From contig NC_092698.1 of the NCBI RefSeq assembly GCF_964275005.1, forward strand, positions 37,616,597 to 37,680,596: DNA of 64,000 nucleotides, read 5' to 3'. Of this stretch, positions 13,141 through 25,663 are shown one piece after another. Position 1 is the first letter of the stretch; the number at the start of each line of letters is the position of its first letter. Below the pieces are notes generated by a model. It was given only the letters and a program-made list of their open reading frames with translations, was not told where the DNA came from and ran no database searches. This DNA is from Diadema setosum. Taxonomy: Eukaryota. Position numbers and translations under genes: made by a program.

Positions 13141-14531
13141 AAAGACAAACTGTGAAGAAAAGGGGAGGCGCTTTTAAAAAATTAAAGGGGGTGCACGTGC
13201 CCCCCCCCCCCATTTTTTCTTTTTGTTTCTCTTGTTTTTAACAAAAAATGAAAAATAAAGAGGGAGCGCGCGCCCGGTGCGTCCCCTCTAGATCCGCCAC
13301 TGATCCGTGTCAGCACTGTTACAACGAAAGTTGTAATATTCACACCCCTATCCCCAACACCCTGTTCCGAAATGATTTTTACAACTCTTTGTCTTTAGGG
13401 AAACAACAGAGCCATGGCATGCCATGTGTTGCTTAGTCTGTTTTTGTTCTCATTTGTTGTTTTGTTGTTTTTTTCTCATTTAGTCCTATATGTATAATCT
13501 AGAGCTGGATTGTGGGTATGTTGTCTCGGGTGTGAGGTGACAAGGTTCCCACAAAAAAAAAAAAAAAAAAAGTAGGAAGGAAGCGGTTCTCGTTATTTTT
13601 TTATATTAGATTATAGACCTTGTGTTGAGAGACGTCAGCTTTTAATGAGACGGATGTATAAATAGGTCCGAAATGAATGGTTCCGGGTCAACTAGTCAAA
13701 TCACCTTGCCACTTTAGAACAACTCAAATTGCACACAGCTAATCTATTTACACAGTATTCTCAGAAGAGTGAACGCGAATCAATGTTTACAATGAAGGAG
13801 CCAGCAGTAGGTTTATAGGATGTTTCACCTCACAGCATCTTTTTACAATAGCTAGCAACGTTTATCGTCAAAGCAAATTTAAACGTTGTGCGTAAATTCG
13901 CTCAGGCTTTCGGAATAAGATTCGTGCGGATGATTTCGTCGCAAAGAAGCATGTAGCATTGTGTGTTTTGGAGGGCATTGATGCTAGATTGGCATAAGCG
14001 TCTCGGATTATACTGCAAAATTAATCAGTACTGGTATTATACATATTGGCTATACCATTCGGAATATTCATTTATTAACAACTTTCATTCATCTTTATCA
14101 GCAGGAAGAACGTTTTGATATGTATTTTCTCATTATACGAACATTCCTTTAAACATGCCTGAAACATCAGCTTAATAATAAGAAGTCACGCCATTACCAT
14201 TTCATATGAAACAATGATGATGATACTCTTCAATGCCTTACATAAACTGCGTGTATGTGAAAGTATTTTCTTACGGTTATAATGCTGGCATTCCAAATAT
14301 TAACATCTACCATTTTGATTAAGTACAGTGATGCACTTGTTGGCTATATTTCTTTTGAGAATATGATCTAGTCTCGTTCTAAAACCGTCTACATAATAAA
14401 AATTTGGATAGGGGAGAATGTTCATGAAAACGTTATTATGAAAATTAAAACTTTGTTTCAGTTTTGTTTTTGATGATATGTCACGCCAACACGTGGACAA
14501 CGTAATATATATATATATATATATTAATATA

Positions 14532-15035
14532 CAGTCAAACCTGCCTTAGCGGCCACCTGTCTATAGCGACCATCTGTCTATAGCGGCCACTGAAAAATCC
14601 CCCCGAGCCTGCCGAGAGAAAAACAATGTTAAAGACCCTGTGTATAGCGACCATCTGTCTAACGCGGCCAGCGGCCACAAATTTTGTTTCCCGTGGTAGA
14701 TTTTAACCTGTCTATAGCGGCCAAAAATCCAATGGAGCCGTAGCCGAGCCGATAATTCAGCATGTTTTTCTACTTTGTAAGCTTTCTTCACGACAAAACG
14801 CATACCTGGGCAACAATAATATTTCATATACACCGGCATGGTTAAAATAATGCATGAAACACACGGTATGTGCGTATGTATACACATGTACATGACATTG
14901 TAAGGATACAACGATGATACATGAACATGTAAGCAATATGCACAAAGTTGGACTACCTGTCTATAACGGCCACCTGTCTATACGGCCACTTTTTCCGTTT
15001 CCCTTGGGTGGCCGCTATATAGACAGGTTTGACTG
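14532..15035. mobile_element. Tc1/mariner-like MITE (~504 bp), family C.
   Basis: TIR CAGTCAAACCTG(CC/TC)T..AGCGGCCAC at 14532 matches the reverse complement at 15035 (..GGCCGCTATATAGACAGGTTTGACTG). Flanked by TA (14530-31 and 15036-37) within a (TA)n tract. The interior carries multiple direct repeats of CTGTCTATAGCGGCCA. Confidence 0.75.
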
Positions 15036-15520
15036 TATATAAACATAATATACATAATTCTGGGCGAGGATGGCGTGGATTAAATGTTAATGAACTTACT
15101 CACTTGTAGGGCATTCGATTATGAACACTGATATTTCTACAGAATACATCACTAAACACTTTATAGGCAACTCATTTTCTTGAAATTGAACATTAACTGT
15201 CCTAATTATTGATATAAATGTAAACCTTTAATCTTGAAAATTTTGTTATTGATGAGAAACAACCATAAGTGTTACCACGTGGTTGTTAATGATGTATAAC
15301 TTCCAGGCCTTTTCTTGTAATAAACATAATTTGTCACTGGCGGGTTACTTCCTCAATCGATAGATCAAGTATGGAAATATAAAATGATATAATAAAGCAA
15401 GCAAAGTGTAGGTGGGGAAACACTTTAACATATTGATAATACAATATTCCGAGATATAATCTTACAGCAATATACCGTATTCAAATTCATGAAATTCTTC
15501 CGTCGAGATGTTTTCATTGC

Positions 15521-15915
15521 AACTGATTGACAAATTGCCCTACATCGACGTAAATAAGCACTGATTGATCAGTGTTTTAGTAGTAGCCATGATAAAAAAA
15601 AAATCATGGGCGTACATACTCGAGCAGGATTCGAACCTAAAGGAAAAAGGACGGATGTTTGCCTTTGGGCCACCAAAAATAAAAGTTAGTGTGGAGCCCT
15701 GCTATAAGGATTAGAACCAACACTTGCTGTCGGGCGAAAGCTCGGTGGTCTAGTGGAGATGACGCCTGTCCGGTGATCAGGAGGTCGTAGGTTCGAATAC
15801 TGCTCGAGTATGTACGCCCATGATTTTTTATCATTATCATGGCTATACTACTAAAACACTGATCAATTCAGTGCTTATTTACGTCGATGTAGGGCAATTT
15901 GTCAATCAGTTGCAA
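15521..15915. mobile_element. Foldback element: ~115-bp inverted-repeat arms around a ~170-bp core that contains a tRNA-like segment (D-loop-like GGTGGTCTAGTGG, T-loop-like GGTTCGAAT).
   Basis: Left arm tgcaactgattgacaaattgccctacatcgacgtaaataagcactgattgatcagtgttttagtagtagccatgataaaaaaaaaatcatgggcgtacatactcgagcagg is the reverse complement of 15800-15915. I could not fold the core into a canonical cloverleaf (no complementary acceptor stem). I therefore call it a tRNA-derived repeat or pseudogene rather than a tRNA gene. Confidence 0.55.
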
Positions 15916-18603
15916 ATACACGTACCGTATATAGTTAACATGAAATTTCCATGACAACTTACAATTAATAATAAACACAAAGAATTTAGTAAATGAGACC
16001 ATTTCAAGCGGAGAGTCGTCAAGCACAACATTGTCTGGCCAGCGTTTCAAGTGAATTGCTTGTAAACTTAGTCTTTTGCAGATTAAGAGGTTCATTGTTG
16101 GCTGGTATATCCATTGTGTAATGTTAACTCTTGAGAATTTGTAAAGGAATTTCCAAATCTCTAAGAACTAAACCGATTATAACATCATCGGCAAATTATA
16201 GAATGAAAGAGGGCGTATCAGAAGATCTATGAAAATCGCTGATGTCATTAACACTGGATAAAAAGTTTCCTAACAATGTATACCTTGCGATTACACCACA
16301 ACAAGTCACACATCGTATAGATGCATTATTGTCAACAGAAACAAAATGTATACGTTGTCTATTGGTGAGGTAAGTCCTGAACCCTACTCCTGAACCAATT
16401 ATACAAGGCCCTTCCGCGGAAGTAACTGTCAGTGGGAATCAGTGGGAATGCTGAGGGATGATTGTTGATTTAAGAGTACATTATATATCTATTGTTGTGT
16501 GAAAATTATTTGCTTCAGAATGGTCTCATATTCAAGTAATGTGCAGTTCAATGTTAACGATCGCCCCGACAGTGGGAGTATACAGGCACGCTAACCTGGA
16601 AACCTGGCCCGATAATTAATCGAGGTCGGATAAATAATAAGTATTTTATGCGGTTCGTTCGCTTGTTATCGTGTGGGCGCACGTCACGAGACCGAGACCC
16701 ACGAGTCATTCATCAATACATTCTGCCAGTGACAATAATTATTTCAGAAGGTTGTACTGACCATCATGATTGCTTGACCTTAAGGAATTATTGAATTGTT
16801 GTCAATTTTTATTCTGTCTACAATTCCTCTTCCTTTCCCTCATTTTTATGCCTGTCCTGTATCTTGTTTGATTGTATAAGTGTTGTCTCAGCTGGATTTA
16901 TACACTTTAGTTTTATCAACCCCTTAAAACAGCTAAATTATGCACATTCATGTTTAATCTGGTTAACTGATAAAGCAGTATGAACTAGATTTGGTGATCA
17001 CGCATTTCTTCTTTGTAACTGGTGGGATCCACAATCTATACAAGCTTCGCTTTTTAGTTATGGGTCCCCCATCTCCATCTTCCACCTTATTTATCACCAA
17101 ATGTCTACATTCCCCATCAAAAATGTAATGTACCCCTTTTTATTGATTACTTATGTTGATATTTCTTTACTTTTATGTTCTTTGTGCGTATTATGTTATT
17201 GATTGTGACGAGATGGAGAAAAATAAAAATAAACTCGAACTTGAACCTGAACATTATAGGCTTTATACACACTCTCAATTTATCATGTGGTCGCTAAGAT
17301 ACAATGCTTGTAAGCAAATGTAATTTATACCAAAAGACCGACAGCTATAAGTCCCTTCAAAAGGACTATAGACAATGAATGAGGATAAGCATACTGGTAT
17401 ATAATATCTTCCCCACACAACCACTGTCTAAATGATGTGAGTTTATCATGTGACATTATGCAGAAGTCATGCTGTTTAATGAAAGAGAGATTTGGGAGCT
17501 GTTAGACCCTATAGGTGTTTCCTGTTTCTTTGTTTGTCGCTTTTTTTTTTTTCGCTTTTCTGAACTAATAAGGAAAGTAAGCAGGGTTGTAATTGTAATT
17601 CTTTTGGCGATTCACCACACCTTGACAAGGGAGGACCTGATGTACGTGGGCTCCCTGCACAGACCATGTAGTATTTGACATTGAGGAAAAGCGTCCGATC
17701 CGTGACCAACCACTGGTACCCCAGCTACGGCGAGACTACGTCAGTGTTGTGGTGATGTTCCTGCGAAACATTCGATTCGAAGAACGAGCGATTGAACTAC
17801 CAGTTGAACTGAACATGGACCTTAGGGTTTACATGATATATGGATTAGGGCCTTTATAAACGGAGGTCTTTCTTTGATCCCATTATTGTTACCGTCATTA
17901 TATTCAACTATACTGATTATAAATGTGCATCTTAATAAGTACATTGAGATGTTTGCAGGACAACAACGAGAATCGCGTTCTCTCGATCATTTCGGTCTTG
18001 TGGCCTAGGCGTCTTAGACTCAACTGTCTGAATATGATGGGGGAGTAGCAAACCTCAAAATATGACAAGTTTTGTCTCACAAATTGGTAATTACTGAAGT
18101 GGACGCTTGTACACGCATTTAACGTTGACTGTGTCGTCTACCATGTCTGCCCCTGCTTATAGCCCAGCGATACGTGGAATACTAATAGGGGTAAAAAAAA
18201 AAAATAATAATAAAATCACAAATCACAATCAACCTACCAAAATAATCTGATTTCTCTCGTTAAAGTACCTGCATTTTGCAAATGAATTTGGCTTATCCAT
18301 GATTTCCCACTGCACATACATTTTTCTCAATTTGAAAGAGTTTGTCTTCTGCGCAATAATGCACTGTAGCTGCCGTCTTGTTTTTAGGCGGTATGTGTCG
18401 GTGGTCATGAGATAAAAGCAGGAAATATAGTTTAAGGCATGCATTATGATTATATTTTTGTTGTGATGCTTTTGAACAGAACAGGTGTATGAATTAATTC
18501 TTTTTTCTCTCTGTCACTCGTTCTGGCACATTCTCAGAGTTTCGGAGTGGATGGTATACGTGTATATTTATTTCAGCCAGAATTTATGAGGCCACGGATT
18601 GTA

Positions 18604-19400
18604 AGGCCCGGTCCCACTGGCCGACGGACACAAAGCGTATGCACAAAGGACACAGCGGACGAGCAAAATTTCGGGGATGGCTTCATCCGCTTTCATCCGC
18701 TCCAGAAATTGACAAAATTGGCGACAATTGGCGGTAACAGAACGGAAATAGAACGGACGTGGGTAGTATGTAGCGGGGATGTTAAACGGATGTTCATCGG
18801 AAGCCTAGCGGATGAAAGCGGATGGAAGGGGATGACAGCTCCGAAGGGGTTACCGGAGATAATTGCGAAACGGACGCATAGCAGAAAAAGCGGATGCAGA
18901 GTGGATGCAGAGCGGATGCAGAGCGGATGCAGAGCGGATGCAGAGGGGATGCTTTCGAAATGCTTTATATACGAGATGCATACGCTTACATCCTTTCTAT
19001 TAACGTGCTATTAACGATGTAAAGACGTTCCACGTACCATATCTTTCCTCCCTCTTTCCGTTTTTAGCTGCAGCGGATGTGAGTTGCGAGGATGCCCAGA
19101 GGATGCAGAGAGGATGCAGCGGACGTTTAAGGGATGCCGCACGGACATACAACGTTTGTTGCTCGTATGTCGCGGATTTACATCGTACACAGCGGAAAGT
19201 TCATCCGTTCTAAAAGTTTTAAGCAGCTTAAAACTTTTTGCGCGGATGAAATCACAGTGGACGGATGCTCGATGGATAGAGCGGATGAAACACGTATGCG
19301 ATGGGTACACAGCGGATTCGTAGCGTTTTCCAACGGATGGCAAGATTTTTTGTACGCTTTACATCCTCTTTGCATCCGTAAGTGCAGTGGGACCGGGCCT
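18604..19400. mobile_element. TIR-bounded non-autonomous element (~800 bp) rich in CGGATG/CATCCG motifs.
   Basis: 16-bp perfect TIR AGGCCCGGTCCCACTG at 18604-18619 matches the reverse complement CAGTGGGACCGGGCCT at 19385-19400. Positions anchored on ORFs 18547 and 19134. The interior has dozens of GGATG motifs in both orientations and an 11-bp tandem array. Superfamily undetermined. Confidence 0.6.
18892..18951. repeat. 11-bp minisatellite (GGATGCAGAGC)n, about 5.4 copies.
   Basis: ggatgcagagtggatgcagagcggatgcagagcggatgcagagcggatgcagaggggatgc. Confidence 0.85.
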
Positions 19401-22101
19401 GTACATAGGTCTGTACAGAGGGCGGTAGATAATTATTTCCCCATCCTTTCATCATGCACTTGCTAGGGTAGTGTTGGCAGGTGATGGTGCAACACAAAAT
19501 AAGCCGCACCCCCTTTCCGCGCTGGGCCAGGGCACTGCATGCATGCCGGACAAACGCCGGGGACGCGACGGTGGGGACAGTAGCTTGAATACGACTTCGA
19601 TCGCACAGTCAGTCGAAGAGGATATTCCTTGCTGCCCAGCTTGGTTCTACATTAGTCTACATGTGCTAGTACATCATGTACATCGTGGAGCTGGCGCAAA
19701 GATAGCTTGAAATGTCTCTCTTGTAATAGATATACCGGCACTTTATGCCAGGTAAGTTGACATATGATACTAGATTCAGCGTTTGTTCTACATGTAGTAA
19801 ATGTAGACATAGGAACCCTACCATAATGAGGTCTGGTTTCCATAGCTGTACGTGTACTGTATAACGTTAGAGCTTTCGGGAAATGTGATATGTGTTGAGC
19901 TCCTGGGAATGCTACTGTGCTGTGACGATGATCTAAACATTGACATTGCGAACCTTCGCTAGAATAAATTTTACAGTTTTTATTTATTAAAGCTAACAGT
20001 AGCACTACAGTCCAGGTAAACAATTGAAGTAATGACAAAGACTAAAATGTGTAGAGATTTAAGCCAAGTATAAACAGTATAAACGTTGATGTCAATGATG
20101 AAGCGATTTGCACAAAGGAGAACAGGAAACAAAAGCTCCAGACTATTGGTGCAGTGATGGGTGGGAGATGTCACCAGACATGGTGGAAGAGCACTTGGTT
20201 CTGTCGAAATCTTGCACCATCTCTAATGTGCAGACCACATGTGTCATTATAACTAGGCCTATACACAGCCCAGTCGCGGCTGTACATGGTACGTCGCGAC
20301 AGGGCTGTACGCGCGCAACCACCAACCACTAGGAGAGCGACGTAATCGTATTACGATAGCTTTGAATTTTGATACTTAACATCATTTTTGTCACCTCAAA
20401 CTCAACGAGTATACTTTTCAATATTTACTCTACATCTGATGCTATCAGTATTCAAATGTACGCAATGAAACTTATCGAAATTGATCATCATATCCAGCAT
20501 GTTCACACGGTACACAATCTTTCACGCCAGGCCTAACTATACACAGCCCAGTCGCTGTACATGGTACGTCGCGATGTACCGACGGTCAGGAATTGCGCCA
20601 GAAAGTGTCATTTATTTGTTCCACGGACTTATCGCAAGTGGTTTCCATGGACCCAGTGTGGCGAACTATTCTTCTGTAATAGAAACATGCATTTAACGTG
20701 AGTAAAGTATTCTGTTTAAAGGAGAAAAGTATACATTTTCCTAAGTTTTGTAGTTGTGTTGAGATTCCTCACTTTGAGGCTGCATGCCGCGCTCGTCAGA
20801 CGCTGTTTTCGCATAGCGTAACAGCGTCTGGTCGGGCTAGTGTCATTACTGTTTTTAAGTGCCCACTTGGCATTGCATTTAAATAACAAGAATTTACAGG
20901 TGAGAACAGCAACAAGCTTTCTTTGCTTCAGTTTCACAGATACACTCTGGTGAATTGGTACCTCATTTGTGTAGAGAGCTACAATAGTGTAGACAAAAAG
21001 ACTCAGATTAGACTAAGAGTACGGTACATGTACTACAACTGTATGTGAAAACAGGGCACTGAAAAATCCAGGACTCGGGAAAAAACAGTAAGATATTGGC
21101 TGTTATCATTTTTATTATCTTATTCTTTTTTTTTTTTGGATAAAATGGTTCATGACTATTCATCTATACTGACATCACCCTTGATTTTTGATCCCATGCT
21201 CAGTAGCTTTCATTTTTGTTTAAATCATACTGTTGAAAAATATTCTATTTACTACAACTTACAAGCAATCCACTGATATAGTCATACTGTTGCCATTACA
21301 CAGGAGTATTCAAGGTTTTTAAACTAAGAATGTAATAGAAGAACTTGTATAGTAGGCCTTCATGTATATATAGTCAGCATTTGACTAAAAATGTCATTTA
21401 ATATAACAAAACAAAATGAAAGCTGCCAATGCTTAAAGCTATCAAAATGATATCTAAAATATAACATCCTTCACTGCAGCTTTGAGTGTACTGTTAGAAT
21501 GATAATTTTGTTGCCAAGATACATGACAGTTCATGGACTGTTCCAAGAGGGAAGTGGAAGGCTGTTAAGATTAGTTATTTTTTTCCTCTTGAAAATGGCA
21601 TATTTTGCTTAATGTAAACCCTACACCAAAAACAATCCCCCCCCCCTCCCGAGACAAATGCTCAAATTGATTGCATTTTTTAGGAAATGATCAATGGATC
21701 TTTTGCTCCACAATGCATGTTTTTGTTTTGGTTTGTTTATTTGTTTGTTTGTTTGTTTTTTGGATAAAATGTACAAGAAGGTATAATGTTGAAAGAACCT
21801 GTGTGCTGTGTTTGATACCGGTGATGATGATGGTTGATGCTTTGCATGAAAATTCTATCAAGACTATGAAGGCACTGTCTGTGGGCTATCAGTGTACTAG
21901 TGTCTGTGGGGTCCAAATATGAATCTTTGCAAGCCAGAAGTTCAATACACTCTGCAATGTAATGCAATGTCTTTTCTGTTTTCAGCTTCTTTCACAAGCT
22001 TCACTATGGTGTAAAGTGAAGAAAGCAACACGGCTGGGGCAGAGAAGGAACACAGGTCAAGATTTTTGTTGAGATTCAAGTAGTGTGAGACCAGCAGGGA
22101 G

Positions 22102-22806
22102 ATGAGTCTGTTGCAGAGCAAGTCCCGGCTCTCTAACCCACTTCTTAGTGGGAGCACATCATCGACTGCAGGCTCCTTGGGAGTAGGAGCCACCAAGCGT
22201 AAAGCTAGCAATGATGGCCACACCATGAGGTCCTCTCCAAGCAAACAGAAGCTTGGAGGGTTGACCCTCAGTTCGGGCAGCCTTCTGTTGGGGAGCTCAC
22301 TCCTTGGGCAGTCTGGGATTGGGAAGAAGGAGGAGAAAGCAGCAGCCACAGGCTTTGGTCTTCGGTCGTCTGGTCTTGGACTGAAGTCTTCACTGCTGGA
22401 GAACAAGTTACTCTCATCCCCTACCAGTCTGAGCATCCAGGGCATGCTAGCTGGGAGCTCCTCAAGGAGTACCTCAAAGTCTTCTGTACCAGACAGGAGC
22501 AGCGCCTTGTCAGCTGGTGGGGTAAAGTCCCTGCTTGGCAAACAGAAGTCCCACGGCAGACCCAGCAGCAATGAAGGCAGGGAATCCAAAGCCAAGAAGG
22601 TGAAATCCCAGCAGCCTCAGGACTACCTTGTGGAGACTGCCCTGGACAGCAGTCTCACCACCTGTGAGCTGCCGGATTATAACTTTGCCCGGGAGCTGCC
22701 CCTCGTGAAACCACATCCCCAGGAGTCTGTGGTGTCCTTTGATAAACTGGATGATGTTGGAGGAGTGCCGGTGGCTGATAGAATTGATCCACTGACAAAA
22801 TCCAAG
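22102..22806 (+). CDS. TEP1: TEP1 exon 1 (start codon). The N-terminus is 235 aa of low-complexity Ser/Leu/Gly/Lys-rich sequence.
   Basis: ATG at 22102 (ORF track 22102..22956). Strong donor AAG|GTATGT at 22807, phase 0. Possible acceptor ttttctgttttcag at ~21984 upstream, suggesting a 5'UTR exon. Confidence 0.6.
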
Positions 22807-23651
22807 GTATGTAGTTGGTTACTCATCCGAGGAAAACAATTCTCATTCAGTAAAACATTTATGACAAGTAACTCATCTTTGGCATTTATGATTGCCATAT
22901 TTTTTATTTCAGCCCAAATGCTTTCAATTTCATTGTTACTTGTAAAAGTTTCCTAGAAATTTGTTGATATTTCATTTTATTTTAATTGCCATGAAATTGA
23001 AATATTGTTAATGCCATGGAAATTGGGCTTGCCCACAGGAGTAATAAGCTGCATGAAGACCACAATGCCTAGCATGCTGACCAAGATTATGATTCCTTGT
23101 AGAAAAGTGTGTGTTAAATTGAAAATCATGTAGAGCAGTTGCAATAGTATGACTCAATATCTGCAGATCGGAAAAGTGAATTTATTAATTTCTTGAGCTG
23201 TTAAATGATGCACTGTGGTGTACTGTATGTAGGGTTTTCAGTATCCTGCCATGCCCTGCAGTTTAACCTATTCAGTCCCAAAAATCAAATTTATGTGGTT
23301 TTATAGTTGCCAACACATCTTTCATTATAATTTCTCATGATTTTTTTGTTAGTTCTTCATGAGGTTGAGTAAAATGCTTTCTTTCATTTTGAGTGCTTTG
23401 TTGTTCAGATATAATTGTTATGATTTCAGAATTTTCAAAAGTCTTTTCCTTTCTAAACTTGAAACCTTATTCTTAAGATTAGCAACACTTAAAAAAAATT
23501 GCAACACATTTTAGATGATTAGAATTCCTGTTTCTCAGTCAAATTAGTAAGTTAGGGTTTTTTTTTTCTTCTGATTTTGGTGCAGATTCAATGGATGGAA
23601 CTAGTTCCATCAAACCTTTCTCCAATATTAATGATACATAATGAAATTTAG

Positions 23652-23900
23652 AATGGCCAATTTAGTGAGGAAATAGTGATACCTTCTGCAACAAAAATTC
23701 CCTCTAGATTTGGTGACTTTAATAATGCTGAAATAAAGCATTGTATGTTCTTTTGCAATCAACAGCAACAGTTCATCAATGCTATCAGCGCCTCTCTGAT
23801 TGGTGGGCCAAATTTCCACGAGCGAGGTGATCTTACCCGGAGAGAGATCAAGAGACAGGCAGAGGCGATCATCGGACAAGATGCAGAGTTTGTCCTCAAG
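23652..23900 (+). CDS. TEP1: TEP1 exon 2.
   Basis: Acceptor tttAG at 23650-51 overlaps the in-frame TAG, so the frame opens exactly at the acceptor. Encodes ...RFGDFNNAEIKHCMFFCNQQQQFINAISASLIGGPNFHERGDLTRREIKRQAEAIIGQDAEFVLK. Donor GTAAGC at 23901. Phase 0. Confidence 0.6.
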
Positions 23901-24570
23901 GTAAGCACTGTCTGGCTGTTTGCATTGTCTGAACAGGAGAGAGTCTTTCATGCACTTGTGTGATGTTGCGTCATGTACACTACAATATTGGCTCAGCTTT
24001 GTATTACTGACATATATGGGTAAACTTGTCTTTCATTGTGTCTATCAAGATTACAAATTTATAGTGAAAAATTCAGCAAAGAAAATGGGATTCCATTTCC
24101 CGATTTTTCACTTCTAAATTATATACATATCTGGTCAATTTCCCTTTGTTTGCAAGGATTACAAATTGTTACAAATCCTAGTAGCATATTTGTCAATAAG
24201 TTTTGCTTTGTTTATTTTATATGAGAGCCATTTATTGTTTCCATTACTTTTTCCTTAGTTCAATGATCTACTTTACAGGTGTGTGTATATCAGGTTTTGC
24301 ATTTGTTTTTGAGAAAAGCTGATTCTCTTAGACTGCCAGCGTGGCACATCTGAACATCAGGTTAACTATGATAAAGTTACTGAACCTGCATATATGGTGC
24401 AGAACTCTGTCTTTATGAGAGTAAAAATGTCATGCTTAAGCAGACATACTCAACAGAAGAGAGGGAACTGAGTTGAAACCACTACAGAGTTGACACAGTG
24501 TATTTATATATTGGGCTGATTGCACTTTCGTGGCGGGTCTAATCAATGTACTTGTATCTTTCTACACAAG

Positions 24571-24732
24571 GTGGCACTGTACACACGCAAAGAGCTGAAC
24601 ATTCGCACCACGGCAAACTTCCTGCTGGCCCTGGCAGCCATGACCCCTGACTGCCGACCTTTCCTCAGGAAGTACTTCAGCTCTAGCATCAATCTGCCAT
24701 CTGATTGGATCGACGTGGCCGAGCTCTACCAG
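24571..24732 (+). CDS. TEP1: TEP1 exon 3 (TROVE core).
   Basis: Acceptor tctacacaAG|GTG; encodes VALYTRKELNIRTTANFLLALAAMTPDCRPFLRKYFSSSINLPSDWIDVAELYQ. Donor CAG|GTATGT at 24733. Anchored to ORF 24520..24765. Confidence 0.85.
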
Positions 24733-25566
24733 GTATGTGCACTCACAAAACAGGATGCACAGTGATTAGCTTGTGATGTGTCATGAGGGGAAAAAAGGTG
24801 CCTGGTTTATGAATTAACGGCATAGGTGGCTTCTTTGCATAGATCGTAAGTAGACTAGGAAGTAAGCAACCCCTTCCCCATAAATTCTAGAGAGAGTGCT
24901 GAAATAGAAAGTAGAGAGTCAAAAACAAGTGTTTGTGTACATGTAAGTAATGAAGACAGTTTGTGAAGATAAATGTTTCTTGCAGGTTTCCGTTACTTAG
25001 AATAGTCATACAAGATTTGTCAGCCTAAGTCCCTGCAGGAATTAAGTCAAAAAATGATCCACTTTGTCTACAAACCTTTTGCAGAGATTAAGGTTTTGGT
25101 AAATAACATTCAATTCTTTAATTTAAGGCTAACATAACTGGGAGTGATTAAGGGCATTTTTACGCTAAGATTCTTTAAGACCTTATAATAGAAACCAATA
25201 GCAACATGTGGACTGATGACAAGGCTGTGTGATACTTGGGACAGAATAGCTACAAAATTGTAGTTAGAATCACAATGGATTGATATGCAAGTATGAAAAT
25301 GACAATGAAGATAAAACAGACAACACTTTTCATTAAGCACTTTCTATCTTTATTTTCTCAGTGTTACCATTCTTTCTGAAGGTAACCATGTTGATGACAG
25401 ACGAGGACTGCTAGCTTATCTTTTGTCCTCCATTTTGTATAATTGAGATAAATATTAAATACATGTATAATAGTACTGTGTAGTTTCTACGTTTTCAAGC
25501 AAACCAAATTGATGTACATGTATGTGACTGTCTCATTAAAGATTAAGCTTTTTCTTTTCTATGAAG

Positions 25567-25663
25567 ACTTTCCATGACAAGAATATCAACTATGGATCAC
25601 TGCCATCCGCCCTCCGCAAGGCCATGATTGACCGCTTTCCGAAGTTTGACCAGTACCAGCTGG
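25567..25663 (+). CDS. TEP1: TEP1 exon 4.
   Basis: Acceptor ttttctatgaAG; encodes TFHDKNINYGSLPSALRKAMIDRFPKFDQYQL; donor CTGG|GTGAGT. Ends in phase 1. No overlapping ORF anchor (+/-2). Confidence 0.65.

Noticed and set aside
15700-15830. Apparent tRNA gene (GGTGGTCTAGTGG D-loop-like and GGTTCGAAT T-loop-like boxes).
   Set aside because: No complementary 7-bp acceptor stem or proper anticodon arm can be drawn. The T-arm is part of ~115-bp perfect inverted arms, so it looks like a tRNA-derived foldback repeat. I kept it as a mobile_element, not a tRNA.
18547-19466. ORFs 18547..19014 (155 aa), 19011..19343 (-), 19134..19466 and others.
   Set aside because: They lie entirely inside the CGGATG-rich TIR element and its minisatellite. 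The composition is repeat-driven, with no recognisable domain.
20255-20585. Local duplicate CpG-containing blocks (ctaggcctatacacagcccagtcgcggctgtacatggtacgtcgcga... at 20255 and 20528).
   Set aside because: Only two short nearby copies, with no TIR or TSD. This could be a small segmental duplication or part of a TEP1 upstream regulatory region. Sequence alone cannot decide.
21942-22595. 217-aa minus-strand ORF overlapping TEP1 exon 1.
   Set aside because: It is a shadow ORF of a low-complexity, codon-biased coding exon on the opposite strand. It has no splice or start context and no homology.
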